Assembly (NCBI GenBank): GCA_041570235.1
Contig: JBFFWN010000001.1
Location: forward strand, 1 to 49,397
Direction of reading: 5' to 3'
Length of the DNA stretch: 49,397 nt
Source: Lysobacterales bacterium
Lineage (GTDB): Bacteria > Pseudomonadota > Gammaproteobacteria > Xanthomonadales > SZUA-36
Within the stretch, counting starts at the first letter, position 1; every line of letters starts with the position of its first letter. This document shows, piece by piece, positions 10,734 to 19,794 of the stretch. A program made the translations under genes and the position numbers. The notes below the pieces were generated by a model. That model searched no databases, was not told where the DNA came from, and was given only the letters and a program-made list of their open reading frames with translations.

Positions 10734-12103
10734 TGGTCTGCTTTTCTGCGTAGGTAATTGAGCAAGTCCACCCGGGTAATCAGACCCAGAAAACGCCCTG
10801 AGTCTTTTACAATGGCAACCATGTCCTTGTGGAATATGGGCAGTAAATCCTCAACAGAGTCGCTTTTATCCACCGATGCCAGTTCGGTCACCATGGCCGA
10901 GCTGACCGGCTTATTGAAACTGTCATCTGATTTTTCAACGGCAAGCAGTATGTCCGACTCATCAATGAAACCCACAATATTGCGATTCTCAATAACCGGC
11001 AGCTGCGAAACATCGTATAGCTTCATGCGGCTGTAAGCATTGGCCAATGGTTCATCCGGACCAACGATAATGGTGTCATTGGACTCAAACGGACGTGCAA
11101 TGAGGTCACGCAGATCACCATGTTGTTCAAAGCTGATAAACCCCTGGTCCTGCATCCAGAAATCGTTATACATTTTTGACAGGTATCGATTTCCGGTGTC
11201 GCAGGCAAAGGTCAGTACCTTTTTGGGCTCGGTCTGTTGCTGGCAATACTTAAGGGCAGCCGCCACCAGCGTTCCGGAAGATGATCCCCCCAGGATTCCT
11301 TCCTTAATCAGAAGCTCCCTGCCGGTTAACATGCTTTCACGATCACCGATGGCAAATGCCCTCGATACGCGGGTGAAATCACTGATGGTGGGCAGGAAAT
11401 CTTCGCCGATACCTTCCACCAGCCAGCTGGCGCTTTTTTCTGACAGGGTGCCCTCATTGATATACTCAGCCAAAATGGACCCTTCGGGGTCGGCCAGCAC
11501 CAACTCCAGGTCCGGCGCTACTTTCTCAAAATAACGCGACAGGCCGGTAACCGTGCCGCTGGAACCAACACCCAGCACGATGGCATCCAGATCGTGACCC
11601 ATCTGATCCCAGATTTCCGGACCGGTGACTTCTTCATGGGCCTTGGGGTTTGATGGATTTCCAAACTGGTTAATAAAATAGGCGCCTTCGATTTCACTGG
11701 CCATAGATTGCGCCAGGTCCTGGTAATATTCGGGATGACCCTTGGCCACGTCTGAGCGTGTCAACACCACTTTTGCACCCATGGCCCTCAGGTTGGAAAT
11801 CTTCTCCCGGCTCATTTTGTCCGGAATAACCAAAATCAATTCATAACCCTTCTGCGCCGCAACCAGCGCCAGGCCCAGGCCGGTATTGCCCGCCGTGCCC
11901 TCCACCAGTGTCGCACCCGGTTTGAGCAAGCCGGCTCTTTCTGCGTCCTCGATCATTCTCAGGCCAATCCGGTCTTTAATCGACCCACCCGGATTCTGGT
12001 TTTCCAGTTTGATATACAGACTGCAGGGACCTGTATCCAGGTGATTGACACGCACAACCGGCGTGTTCCCAATTAAATCCAGCACAGAGTCATAAACTTG
12101 CAT
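10730..12103 (-). CDS. Cystathionine beta-synthase (PLP domain plus tandem CBS domains)
   Basis: 457 aa with GNTPVVR, the PLP-lysine motif NPGGSIKDR and GTAGNTG. The C-terminal ~120 aa has CBS-pair character (LYDVSQLPV...VGFIDESDIL...). Confidence 0.88.
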   Translation of the reverse strand: MQVYDSVLDLIGNTPVVRVNHLDTGPCSLYIKLENQNPGGSIKDRIGLRMIEDAERAGLLKPGATLVEGTAGNTGLGLALVAAQKGYELILVIPDKMSREKISNLRAMGAKVVLTRSDVAKGHPEYYQDLAQSMASEIEGAYFINQFGNPSNPKAHEEVTGPEIWDQMGHDLDAIVLGVGSSGTVTGLSRYFEKVAPDLELVLADPEGSILAEYINEGTLSEKSASWLVEGIGEDFLPTISDFTRVSRAFAIGDRESMLTGRELLIKEGILGGSSSGTLVAAALKYCQQQTEPKKVLTFACDTGNRYLSKMYNDFWMQDQGFISFEQHGDLRDLIARPFESNDTIIVGPDEPLANAYSRMKLYDVSQLPVIENRNIVGFIDESDILLAVEKSDDSFNKPVSSAMVTELASVDKSDSVEDLLPIFHKDMVAIVKDSGRFLGLITRVDLLNYLRRKADQ

Positions 12104-12121
12104 AGAGATTTTTGCTCCGGT

Positions 12122-12152
12122 AAAAAAAACGGTCGGGAAGATTCCCGACCGT
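12122..12152 (-). terminator. Rho-independent terminator downstream of the YdcH-like gene
   Basis: On the minus strand, ACGGTCGGGAA-TC-TTCCCGACCGT (an 11-bp GC-rich stem) is followed by a run of eight T. Confidence 0.7.
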
Positions 12153-12186
12153 ACTTTATGTCATTTTTGTTGAAATTTCAGGTTTG

Positions 12187-12393
12187 TTATTGAGCCATAA
12201 ACACGGCTAATTTGTCCTTGATCCACAATTTTTCTTTCTTTAGCTGGTTCAGAGCCAGGTCTTCCATCGGAGCCGTACCCAATTCAGCTGCTGTGACGCG
12301 TTTGTCCAGTTCCTGGTGACGGTTGTAGATCCGACGAAAGTCTTCGTTTTCCTCGATCAGTTGTTCCATTTTGCTCTTTTGGTCTGAAAACAT
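12187..12393 (-). CDS. YdcH/DUF465-family small protein
   Basis: 68 aa (MFSDQKSKMEQLIEENEDFRRIYNRHQELDKRV...LKKEKLWIKDKL), the typical DUF465 pattern. The ATG at 12393 has GGAG 8 nt upstream. The 36-aa N-terminal extension in the track ORF looks non-coding. Confidence 0.7.
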   Translation of the reverse strand: MFSDQKSKMEQLIEENEDFRRIYNRHQELDKRVTAAELGTAPMEDLALNQLKKEKLWIKDKLAVFMAQ

Positions 12394-12715
12394 ATGTAGT
12401 ACTCCTATACGGCGTGGTTCATCCGCAAATGCCGGGCACAGAATAACCTTCCGGAAGCGGATGATTGATGATTTGGTGAATTGAAAAACAGTATGTAGCA
12501 AATATCAGGTGGGAACAGCGAGAGACTTATAAGCCTCGCTGCCATTATTCGGAATCTCCGATTTTGAAAGCTAAAATTACCATAGCGATGCACTAACATT
12601 AGCGCAAACTGAAGCTTCTGGCAAGCAGTAAACCTTTCAGCGATTTGCGTAACATGAATTGCTTTTCGCAAATGCGGACCAGCAATAAATCAGCGTGCCT
12701 ATGTAACTGATATAA

Positions 12716-13702
12716 CTAATTATCCAGAAGAATCACATCCACTCGCCGGTTACGCGCCCTACCCTCTTCGGTATCATTGCTGGCAATCGGAAAATCTTCA
12801 CCCATGCCCATGGCGGTAACCCTCTCGGCATCGACACCGAGGCTGATCAGCGAATCGCGAACTGCCTGTGCCCGCTTTTCCGAAAGCAACAAATTGGCGG
12901 CAGCATCACCGCTGGAATCGGTATGGCCCTCGACGCGGTTTTTTTTGTCGGGCTCGGTCTGCAGCAGATCAACCACTTCTTCAAGGCTGGATCGACCACC
13001 TTCAACCAATTCGGCCTGACCGGAGGCAAACAGCACATCACCCAGGGTGACAACGACGCCGCTTTCTGTTTCACGCAGTTGCAGGTTCTCCAACTGACGT
13101 GTCAATGAGTCTATCTGCTGGCTCGCCAGTTCAGCTTCACGTTTGGCAAATTCCGCTTCCGATGCCCTGGATTTGGCCAGCCGGCGTGCCTGTTCAGCCT
13201 CTTCTGCTGACAACTGGGCAGCTCTGGCAGATTCAGCCTCTTTCTTCTCTGCATCCTCTTTCTCTTCGAGAGCACGCTGAGCTTCCTCGGCAGTGGTTGC
13301 CACCAGCAATAGCGCTTCCTCGGCTTCCATGCGGGCCTGACTCGCCTCAATCTGGCTGGCCTTGATCAGCATGTTGCTATGCTGCTCGGATAATTCTTCA
13401 TATATCTTGTCGTACTGTTCCCTTTCGGCCATGGTGCGGGCAATCTGGATACGGCGGTCAGCCATGTAAACAAGATAGGAGCGATAGATATCATCACCCT
13501 GGGCCAGCTCGGCCTTGCGTAAAGCCCTTTCCGCTTCACCCAGCGCAAGCGGCGCGTAACCGGCCAACTCGGCATTGGATTTAAGATTGTCCAGTTCATC
13601 ACGGACACGCTCAAGAGCGAGGTCCTTTTTCGGCGCTGCGGTGCAGGCAGCAAGAATGATGGGCAAAGATAATAATGCGATTCGGGTCAGTGCTCGTTTC
13701 AT
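12716..13702 (-). CDS. OmpA-family lipoprotein with N-terminal DUF4398-like coiled coil
   Basis: Lipobox LAAC, a long E/A/R coiled coil, and a C-terminal OmpA domain (VEGHTDSSG...NLLLSEKRAQAV...NRRVDVIL). Confidence 0.85.
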   Translation of the reverse strand: MKRALTRIALLSLPIILAACTAAPKKDLALERVRDELDNLKSNAELAGYAPLALGEAERALRKAELAQGDDIYRSYLVYMADRRIQIARTMAEREQYDKIYEELSEQHSNMLIKASQIEASQARMEAEEALLLVATTAEEAQRALEEKEDAEKKEAESARAAQLSAEEAEQARRLAKSRASEAEFAKREAELASQQIDSLTRQLENLQLRETESGVVVTLGDVLFASGQAELVEGGRSSLEEVVDLLQTEPDKKNRVEGHTDSSGDAAANLLLSEKRAQAVRDSLISLGVDAERVTAMGMGEDFPIASNDTEEGRARNRRVDVILLDN

Positions 13703-14064
13703 TTGAAATCATCCCCAAAGGTTGAACGCAATTTCTCTTCCAACTCCTGGTTGTTCTTGCGCTGCTCATTAACGCGTCTTCTGGCCTTGGCCGTGCGGGA
13801 CTTTTCAATCGCCAGTTCGGCATTGATTTCAGCTTCTTCCAATAAAAAAACCGCCACTTCGTATTTCTGCTTTTCCATACCCAGTTGGGCGCTGGAAAAT
13901 TTTTCACGTGCAAAGCGCATTTCCACCGGCGCAAACTCGTCACCACCCGCTTCTTCCGCCGCCAACATGGTCGCTTCCACGGCTTCCATGATCGTGGGAT
14001 CCGGACGGGGCGCCGCGCAGGCAGCCAGCAACAAACAAAAAACTGAAATCAAAATGGCTTTCAT
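13699..14064 (-). CDS. DUF4398-like lipoprotein
   Basis: Starting at the ATG at 14064 gives MKAILISVFCLLLAACAAP (signal plus lipobox). The rest is a helical A/E-rich body, and a 4-nt overlap links it to the downstream OmpA-family gene. Confidence 0.65.
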   Translation of the reverse strand: MKAILISVFCLLLAACAAPRPDPTIMEAVEATMLAAEEAGGDEFAPVEMRFAREKFSSAQLGMEKQKYEVAVFLLEEAEINAELAIEKSRTAKARRRVNEQRKNNQELEEKLRSTFGDDFK

Positions 14065-14153
14065 GAATGGAATACCTGATAAAACATTAAACTGATTATG
14101 ACCCAACCACCGCAAAGGTTGAACTCCTAAATTGCCAAACCATCATTCTGTCT

Positions 14154-14825
14154 TTAAAGCAAAACAGCATCCGGTTGATTTTCCGGCGCCGCGTTAATAA
14201 ACGCAGTGTGCTGCCTGCATTCTGTCACAATTCTACCCAACAACGGAAACATCGTCATGTCCGTGCCGTAACGTTCTGCGTTATAAACCTGCGGAATCAG
14301 AAAACATTCAAATAATCCGGGTTCAACAGGCAGGTTAACAGAGTGACCGCCAGACTTTTCCGCCAACTGTTTTTCAATGGCTGCCAACCCCTCACCCATC
14401 CAATGTAACATCCACTTTGTGATGTCAATATGCCCCTCACACTGGCTTTTGAGATATTTCTGAACCCGCAGATTATTCAGCGGATGAATATCACAGGCCA
14501 CCTGCAAAGCCAGCGACCTGATATGCGCCCGCTGCAGTATATCTTTGGGTAACAGGGGATAATCGCGATAGCGCTCATCGAGATATTCGCAAATCGCCAT
14601 CGACTGGGTGATGATATTTCCATTGTCTGACAGCACCGGCACCAGGGCCTGGGGATTAATTCGGCTGTATGGTTCCTGCAGGTGTTCACCGCCCTCGCCG
14701 ACCAGGTTGACAGCAATGGTCTCGTAAACCAGGCCTTTCAGATTCAGCGCGATCCTGACACGGTATGCTGCAGAGCTACGCCAATAGCTGTAAAGCTTCA
14801 ATCCGTCATTCGGGTCAGCCTTCAT
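14154..14825 (-). CDS. maiA: Maleylacetoacetate isomerase (zeta-class glutathione S-transferase)
   Basis: LKLYSYWRSSAAYRVRIALNLKG...NPQALVPVL is the MaiA N-terminal signature. The ATG at 14825 (or the TTG at 14801) is the likely start. The 66-aa extension of the track ORF overlaps the upstream FAH gene and is rejected. Confidence 0.8.
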   Translation of the reverse strand: MKADPNDGLKLYSYWRSSAAYRVRIALNLKGLVYETIAVNLVGEGGEHLQEPYSRINPQALVPVLSDNGNIITQSMAICEYLDERYRDYPLLPKDILQRAHIRSLALQVACDIHPLNNLRVQKYLKSQCEGHIDITKWMLHWMGEGLAAIEKQLAEKSGGHSVNLPVEPGLFECFLIPQVYNAERYGTDMTMFPLLGRIVTECRQHTAFINAAPENQPDAVLL

Positions 14826-15801
14826 AAGAAACGATGGTTTGCTCGATGGCGCCAAATATAGAGTCGCCGTTTGCATCAAACATTTCAATCCGGATGGTAT
14901 CGCCAAACGACATGAAGGGGGTGCTGGGTTTACCGTCTGCGATAATCTCCAGCATCCTGATTTCCGCCAGGCACGAGGCCCCTTTACTGGTATCTTCGTT
15001 GGCAATAGTGCCTGAACCCACAATTGTGCCGGCAGTTAACGGGCGGGTTTTGGCTGCATGGGCCACCAGTTGCGCAAAATTGAACTGCATATCAACCCCC
15101 GCCTCGGGGCACCCGAAAAACGCCCCGTTGAGCTTGCTGTGCAGCGGCAATGACAACTTGCTGTTCTGCCATTTATCGCCCAGCTCATCAGGTGTGACCA
15201 ACACGGGAGACAGGGCTGACCTGGGCTTGGATTGTAAAAAGCCAAAACCTTTTGCCAGTTCACCGGGAATGAGATTTCTCAAGCTCACGTCATTGATCAG
15301 GCCAATCAACTGGATATGGGATTCTGCCGCTTCAGCACTCACTGCCATGGGCACGTCGTCGGTGACGACAACGATTTCCGATTCGAAATCGATACCGTAG
15401 TCCTCGCTGACCACTGCGACCGGGTCCCTGGGTCCCAGAAAGCCGGCCGAGGTGGCCTGGTACATCAACGGGTCAACATAAAACGACTCTGGAACCTCTG
15501 CACCGCGCGCCTTGCGCACCCGGTCGACATGGGGCAGGTACGCGCTGCCGTCGACAAACTCGTAGGCCCTGGGCAGCGGCGCCGCCAGTAGCTGCACATC
15601 CAGGGCAGTAATACCGGGGCAGGAATTTTCATTTAAAGCCTGGTACAGGGCGTTCAGCCTTGGCGCAGCCTGGTGCCAGTCATCGAGTGCAATTTGCAAG
15701 GTGGGCGCAATCCCGCCCGCAGAAACATAGGTCTGGAGGTCACGGCTAACCACGATCAGGCTACCGTCACGACCACCGGTTTTTAATGAAGCAAGTTTCA
15801 T
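14815..15801 (-). CDS. Fumarylacetoacetate hydrolase family protein
   Basis: About 328 aa from the ATG at 15801 (MKLASLKTGGRDGSLIVVSRDL...). The C-terminal FAH fold and the operon with maiA fit a fumarylacetoacetate/fumarylpyruvate hydrolase role. Confidence 0.8.
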   Translation of the reverse strand: MKLASLKTGGRDGSLIVVSRDLQTYVSAGGIAPTLQIALDDWHQAAPRLNALYQALNENSCPGITALDVQLLAAPLPRAYEFVDGSAYLPHVDRVRKARGAEVPESFYVDPLMYQATSAGFLGPRDPVAVVSEDYGIDFESEIVVVTDDVPMAVSAEAAESHIQLIGLINDVSLRNLIPGELAKGFGFLQSKPRSALSPVLVTPDELGDKWQNSKLSLPLHSKLNGAFFGCPEAGVDMQFNFAQLVAHAAKTRPLTAGTIVGSGTIANEDTSKGASCLAEIRMLEIIADGKPSTPFMSFGDTIRIEMFDANGDSIFGAIEQTIVSYEG

Positions 15802-15981
15802 AGCCGTCAACAACTCCAGGGGTTCGTCGGAAAATTGGCCCAATTGTAAGGGATTTTAATAGCTCGTGCGGTGTCACACTGATCAAACTTGTAAAGATGG
15901 CGAAGGGTAACAATATAAACCGGGTGATCGAAATGTGTGATCACAAATCCGCCTGTTAAACAATCAATGGGATAAACAATA

Positions 15982-16719
15982 GTGGAGATACCTTCAATTC
16001 TGATCTGGCTGCTCCAGTTGGCGCTGATCATTCATGTGTTTAAAACCGATCGCAGCCGTTACTGGATTTTTTTCCTGATTTTTATGCCATTGATCGGCGG
16101 CATTGCGTATTTCCTCATTGAAATGCTACCCGGATTTACCGGCAGTATCGAAGGCCAGCGAGCTGTCAGAACCGTCAAACAAACTTTGAACCCCGGGGCC
16201 GACCTGCGGCAACATGAAGCTGCCTGGAGCCAATCTCCGAATGTTGATAATGGGCGCCGTTACGCCGAAGCACTGATGGACGCCGGTAAAATTGAAGACG
16301 CGGAAATAATCATCAACCAGGCGCTGAAAGGGCTATTTGAAACCGAGCCAACCCTGTTGCTGCTGAAAGCCCGCTTGCAGTTCGAGACCGGCAGAACCAG
16401 CGAAGCCGTGGCAACCCTCGAATCCCTGCAGGAGCACAATCCGGATTTTCGCTCGGCCGAAGGTCACCTTCTGTACGCCCGCGCGCTTGAGGCCGAAGGC
16501 AAGATCGACAGTGCCATCCGCGAATATTCGGCGGTGTCCGGCTACTATCCCGGCGTCGAAGCCCGCTACCGGCTGGCCCTATGCATGCAGTCTGCGGGCA
16601 ATGACAAAGCCTCGCGATCTGAATTTGAGTCCATTCTAAATGATGCAAAACTGGCGCCTCCTCATTTCCGGAAAAGCCAGAAGACCTGGCTGGATGCAAT
16701 CAGGCGCGACATGGCTTAA
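15982..16719 (+). CDS. Membrane protein with PLDc_N-like N-terminal helices and C-terminal TPR-like repeats
   Basis: GTG start. Two N-terminal TM helices (LLQLALIIHVFKTDRSRYWIFFLIFMPLIGGIAYFLIEMLP) resemble the cardiolipin-synthase N-terminal motif. The remainder is helical-repeat sequence. Confidence 0.6.
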   Translation: MEIPSILIWLLQLALIIHVFKTDRSRYWIFFLIFMPLIGGIAYFLIEMLPGFTGSIEGQRAVRTVKQTLNPGADLRQHEAAWSQSPNVDNGRRYAEALMDAGKIEDAEIIINQALKGLFETEPTLLLLKARLQFETGRTSEAVATLESLQEHNPDFRSAEGHLLYARALEAEGKIDSAIREYSAVSGYYPGVEARYRLALCMQSAGNDKASRSEFESILNDAKLAPPHFRKSQKTWLDAIRRDMA

Positions 16720-16927
16720 GCGCCCCGTGTCATCCCGTGATATGCGGATAGCATTTTCTGGGATCACTGAAAGCTACCTTAAACTCAAAGACAACGGATG
16801 TAGAACGGTTTCGTTCATATACGTGGCCAATCGGAATCCTGGATATCCATAAGACTGACTTGCCCTAAAAATGGAGTCCTTTTCAGGTGGGTTCGAAGCA
16901 AATAGTGCGAGCGTCAGCCGCGCTACA

Positions 16928-17062
16928 GGTACTACTCCCTGGGACCCGGCATGAACCCATCCATGGGGCCTCGTCCACAAACTTCCTCGGTAATTGCTCC
17001 TGCATTACTCTACCTCCTACTTCCCTGCAGTCGTGTTTGTGACGGTCCCAGTGAGTAGTACC
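16928..17062. repeat. Compound hairpin module H2 (copy B, with 47-nt loop insertion)
   Basis: The outer stem is GGTACTACTCCCTGGGAC / GTCCCAGTGAGTAGTACC. Two stem positions differ from copy A on both arms and pairing is preserved. Confidence 0.8.
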
Positions 17063-17338
17063 TGCATCCCGGCTTTAGGCCATCAATTCTAACAAGTCAT
17101 TTGCACCCAACCGGTTGAGAGTGATTCCCGCATCCTGAAAGTGAGTTGCTTATCACGCTGACTTTATCGGTCTCCGTTGCGCTCCGGTACCTGCATCACA
17201 AATCCATGGCTGTGAGACTCAATGCACCGGCAGCGATGGAACCATGAGCGCTGAAGAGACTATTACGACAAACAGTATTTGCACAAAAGCTGGAAGCTAC
17301 CGCTTCAATCAGAATCCATTGCACCGAGGCGGGGATGT

Positions 17339-17427
17339 GGGTAGTCCCTGCTGAGACCGTACAAAACAGGAAGTTTTGGACGCGCCCCCAGGGATGGGTT
17401 CACGGCATGTCTCAGCAGGGACTACCC
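17339..17427. repeat. Compound hairpin module H1 (copy B)
   Basis: The outer stem is identical to H1 of copy A. Differences are confined to the apical loop (AGGAA vs ATGGAT) and one base of the unpaired segment. Confidence 0.8.
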
Positions 17428-17677
17428 ATAGCGCCGCCAACGCTGCCGCGCATTTTAACGAAGTCGGAATTTGATGATCTATCGTTTGAAGTTGCAGAAA
17501 TCTGATGAAGGTCTCGGGTTCCTTTAATCGCGGCCCCGGAATGGCTTCTGCAGTTCTGCTGAGCGCTACCCTGTAAAAATCAAATAACCATCCCCATTTA
17601 ATGCCTTCAGTAAGCATCACGTTTATAATTGCCGCCCCGTACCATCCTATGGGTTATGAAAGACAGGAGATTTTGTT

Positions 17678-18025
17678 GTGCCGATTTATGAATACCGTTG
17701 TGAATCTTGTGATCATAAACTGGAAAAATTGCAAAGAATGAGCGAAGGCGACCTGGTCGATTGCCCCGAGTGTAAACGGCCGGCGTTAAAAAGGCTGGTC
17801 TCTGCTCCTGCATTTCGACTCAAGGGCAGTGGTTGGTACGAGACAGACTTCAAGAAAGACAATAAGCGTAACCTGGCCGATGAGTCCGTCAAGGACACAT
17901 CCAGCGTCAGTTCGGCCAAGGATACCAGTGCCGGCAGTTCCACCAAGACGGAAAAAGCTTCGTCAGGCGATACGGCCAAGAAAGCGGAATCCAAGCCCGC
18001 AGCAAAAACAGCTTCCAAGGAATAA
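17678..18025 (+). CDS. FmdB-family zinc-ribbon protein
   Basis: [23 protein letters not shown]....CPECK......[19 protein letters not shown] is the FmdB CxxC...CxxC signature. It has a GTG start and a low-complexity S/K/A tail. Confidence 0.8.
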   Translation: MPIYEYRCESCDHKLEKLQRMSEGDLVDCPECKRPALKRLVSAPAFRLKGSGWYETDFKKDNKRNLADESVKDTSSVSSAKDTSAGSSTKTEKASSGDTAKKAESKPAAKTASKE

Positions 18026-18030
18026 AGACA

Positions 18031-19794
18031 ATGCGTAGTCATTTATGTGGTGAAATCAATGAGACAATGGACGGACAATCGGTCACTTTGTGTGGATGGG
18101 TCGACCGCCGAAGAGACCTTGGCGGGCTGATCTTTGTTGGTCTCCGGGATAATGCCGGTATCGTGCAGGTGGTGGTTGAACCCGAGAGCGATGCCTTTGC
18201 AGATGCAGAGCGTCTGCGTAATGAATATTGCGTCAGGATAAAGGGCAAAGTGCGTCTGCGGCCCGAGAGCCAGTGGAATGACTCGATGGCTACCGGCAAG
18301 ATTGAACTGGTTGCAGAAGATGTGGAAACTCTCAATGCATCGGCACCTATTCCATTGTTAATGAATGACGATGATGGGGAGGAAGTTCGCCTGCGTTATC
18401 GTTACCTTGATTTGCGCCGGCCGCGTATGCAACGCAATATGCGTATCCGTTCAAAACTGAACCAGGCCATACACAAGCATCTCGATGGTAATGGCTTCAA
18501 CGAGTTTGAAACACCCATCCTGACCAAGGCTACACCGGAAGGCGCGCGCGATTACCTGGTGCCCAGCCGTGTACATGCGGGTCAGTTTTATGCCTTGCCG
18601 CAGTCGCCACAGCTGTTCAAACAGTTGCTGATGATGGCCGGCATGGATCGCTACTACCAGATTGCCCGTTGCTTCCGCGACGAGGACCTGCGTGCCGACC
18701 GCCAGCCTGAATTTACACAGCTGGATATGGAGATGTCCTTTGTGGAGGAGTCCGATGTCCAAAATGCCGCCGAGGGATTGGTTCATGCGGTTTTCAAGGA
18801 CGTCCTGGATGTGGAATTGCCGCGGCCATTCCCGCATATGACCTGGCATGATGCATTGGAACAATACGGATCCGACAAGCCGGATCTGCGTTACCCGATG
18901 CAACTGCACAGCGTAGACGAGCATGTAAAACACCTCGAATTCCGCGTGTTTTCTGACCCGGCCAACAATGAGGAGCATCGTGTAGCCGTGTTGAGGGTGC
19001 CCGGCGGCGCACAATTCTCCCGCAAGCAGATCGATGAATATACGGCCTTTGTCGCGCGTTACGGCGCAAAGGGCCTGGCCTGGATCAAGGTCAATGATGC
19101 GGCGGCCGGCATTGAAGGTCTCCAGTCTCCCGTGGCCAAGTTCCTGGATGACAAGGCCTGGAGTGGCATTGCAGAGCAGACGCAGGTTGAAAGTGGCGAC
19201 CTGTTGTTGTTTGGCGCGGGCGAATGGTTACAGACCAGCACCTTTATGGGGCACCTGCTGGTTCGTTGCGGCCAGGACCTTGAATTGGCGGCAGAAGGTT
19301 GGGCGCCCCTTTGGGTAACCGACTTCCCGATGTTTGAGTGGGATGAAGAAAGTGGCCGTTACACGGCCATGCATCACCCGTTCACGGCGCCGCGTTCGGA
19401 TTCGGCCGAGGCATTGAAGGCCAATGCCGGCAAGGCCTTGTCAAAAGGTTATGACATCGTTCTTAACGGTGCGGAAATCGGTGGTGGCTCGATTCGTATT
19501 CATAACCCCGAGATGCAGGCGGCTGTTTTCGAGTTGCTCGGTATCGGTGAAGAAGAAGCACAAGCCAAGTTCGGCTTTTTGCTTGAAGCGCTCAAATACG
19601 GGTGCCCGCCCCACGGCGGTATCGCATTCGGGCTAGACCGGGTGGCCGCCCTGATGGCTGGTGAACCTTCCATCCGTGATGTGATTGCTTTCCCGAAGAC
19701 CACCACGGCGCAGTGCCCGTTGACCGATGCTCCGTCACCCATTGTTGACGCCCAGCTCAAAGAATTGCATATCGGAGTTGTAAGCAAAAGCTGA
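18031..19794 (+). CDS. aspS: Aspartate-tRNA ligase
   Basis: 587 aa with MRSHLCGEI...V.L.GWV.RRRD.GG.IF..LRD..G and class II motifs ([32 protein letters not shown]). Confidence 0.95.
   Translation: MRSHLCGEINETMDGQSVTLCGWVDRRRDLGGLIFVGLRDNAGIVQVVVEPESDAFADAERLRNEYCVRIKGKVRLRPESQWNDSMATGKIELVAEDVETLNASAPIPLLMNDDDGEEVRLRYRYLDLRRPRMQRNMRIRSKLNQAIHKHLDGNGFNEFETPILTKATPEGARDYLVPSRVHAGQFYALPQSPQLFKQLLMMAGMDRYYQIARCFRDEDLRADRQPEFTQLDMEMSFVEESDVQNAAEGLVHAVFKDVLDVELPRPFPHMTWHDALEQYGSDKPDLRYPMQLHSVDEHVKHLEFRVFSDPANNEEHRVAVLRVPGGAQFSRKQIDEYTAFVARYGAKGLAWIKVNDAAAGIEGLQSPVAKFLDDKAWSGIAEQTQVESGDLLLFGAGEWLQTSTFMGHLLVRCGQDLELAAEGWAPLWVTDFPMFEWDEESGRYTAMHHPFTAPRSDSAEALKANAGKALSKGYDIVLNGAEIGGGSIRIHNPEMQAAVFELLGIGEEEAQAKFGFLLEALKYGCPPHGGIAFGLDRVAALMAGEPSIRDVIAFPKTTTAQCPLTDAPSPIVDAQLKELHIGVVSKS

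Larger units (their letters stand above)
16820..17455. repeat. ORF-less structured repeat, copy B (inverted relative to copy A)
   Basis: See copy A. Copy B carries a 47-nt insertion (16988-17034) in the apical loop of its H2 module. The track ORFs 16774..16980(-) and 17309..17620(-) have no counterpart in copy A. Confidence 0.8.

Noticed and set aside
12405-12671. 88-aa minus-strand ORF in the ydcH leader
   Set aside because: It has no RBS, odd composition and no motif, and it overlaps the putative regulatory repeats. It is treated as non-coding.
14826-15023. The 66-aa N-terminal extension of the maiA ORF. Similar 5' extensions occur in the track ORFs at 1366, 12501, 14115, 15843, 22629, 26816, 28719, 39346 and 41120.
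   Set aside because: The extensions overlap the upstream gene or lack homology. Internal starts give canonical N-termini (signal peptides, family motifs), often with an RBS or ATGA-type coupling.
8921-17455. The hairpin repeats as a CRISPR array, integron attC sites, or REP/BIME elements
   Set aside because: CRISPR: there are only two copies of each module, no regular spacing and no cas genes. attC: I find no R''/R' core sites (RYYYAAC ... GTTRRRY) and no intI. REP: H1 does contain GTAG at its foot, but the modules (~90 nt, compound) are much longer than typical REPs and no RAYT gene is in the window, so I leave the family open.
17309-17620. 103-aa ORF running through hairpin H1 of repeat copy B. 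The 68-aa ORF at 16774..16980 runs through H2.
   Set aside because: No equivalent ORF is open in copy A (no ORF of 60 aa or more is listed in 8921-9572). The reading frames are therefore not conserved between the copies, and the element is treated as non-coding.
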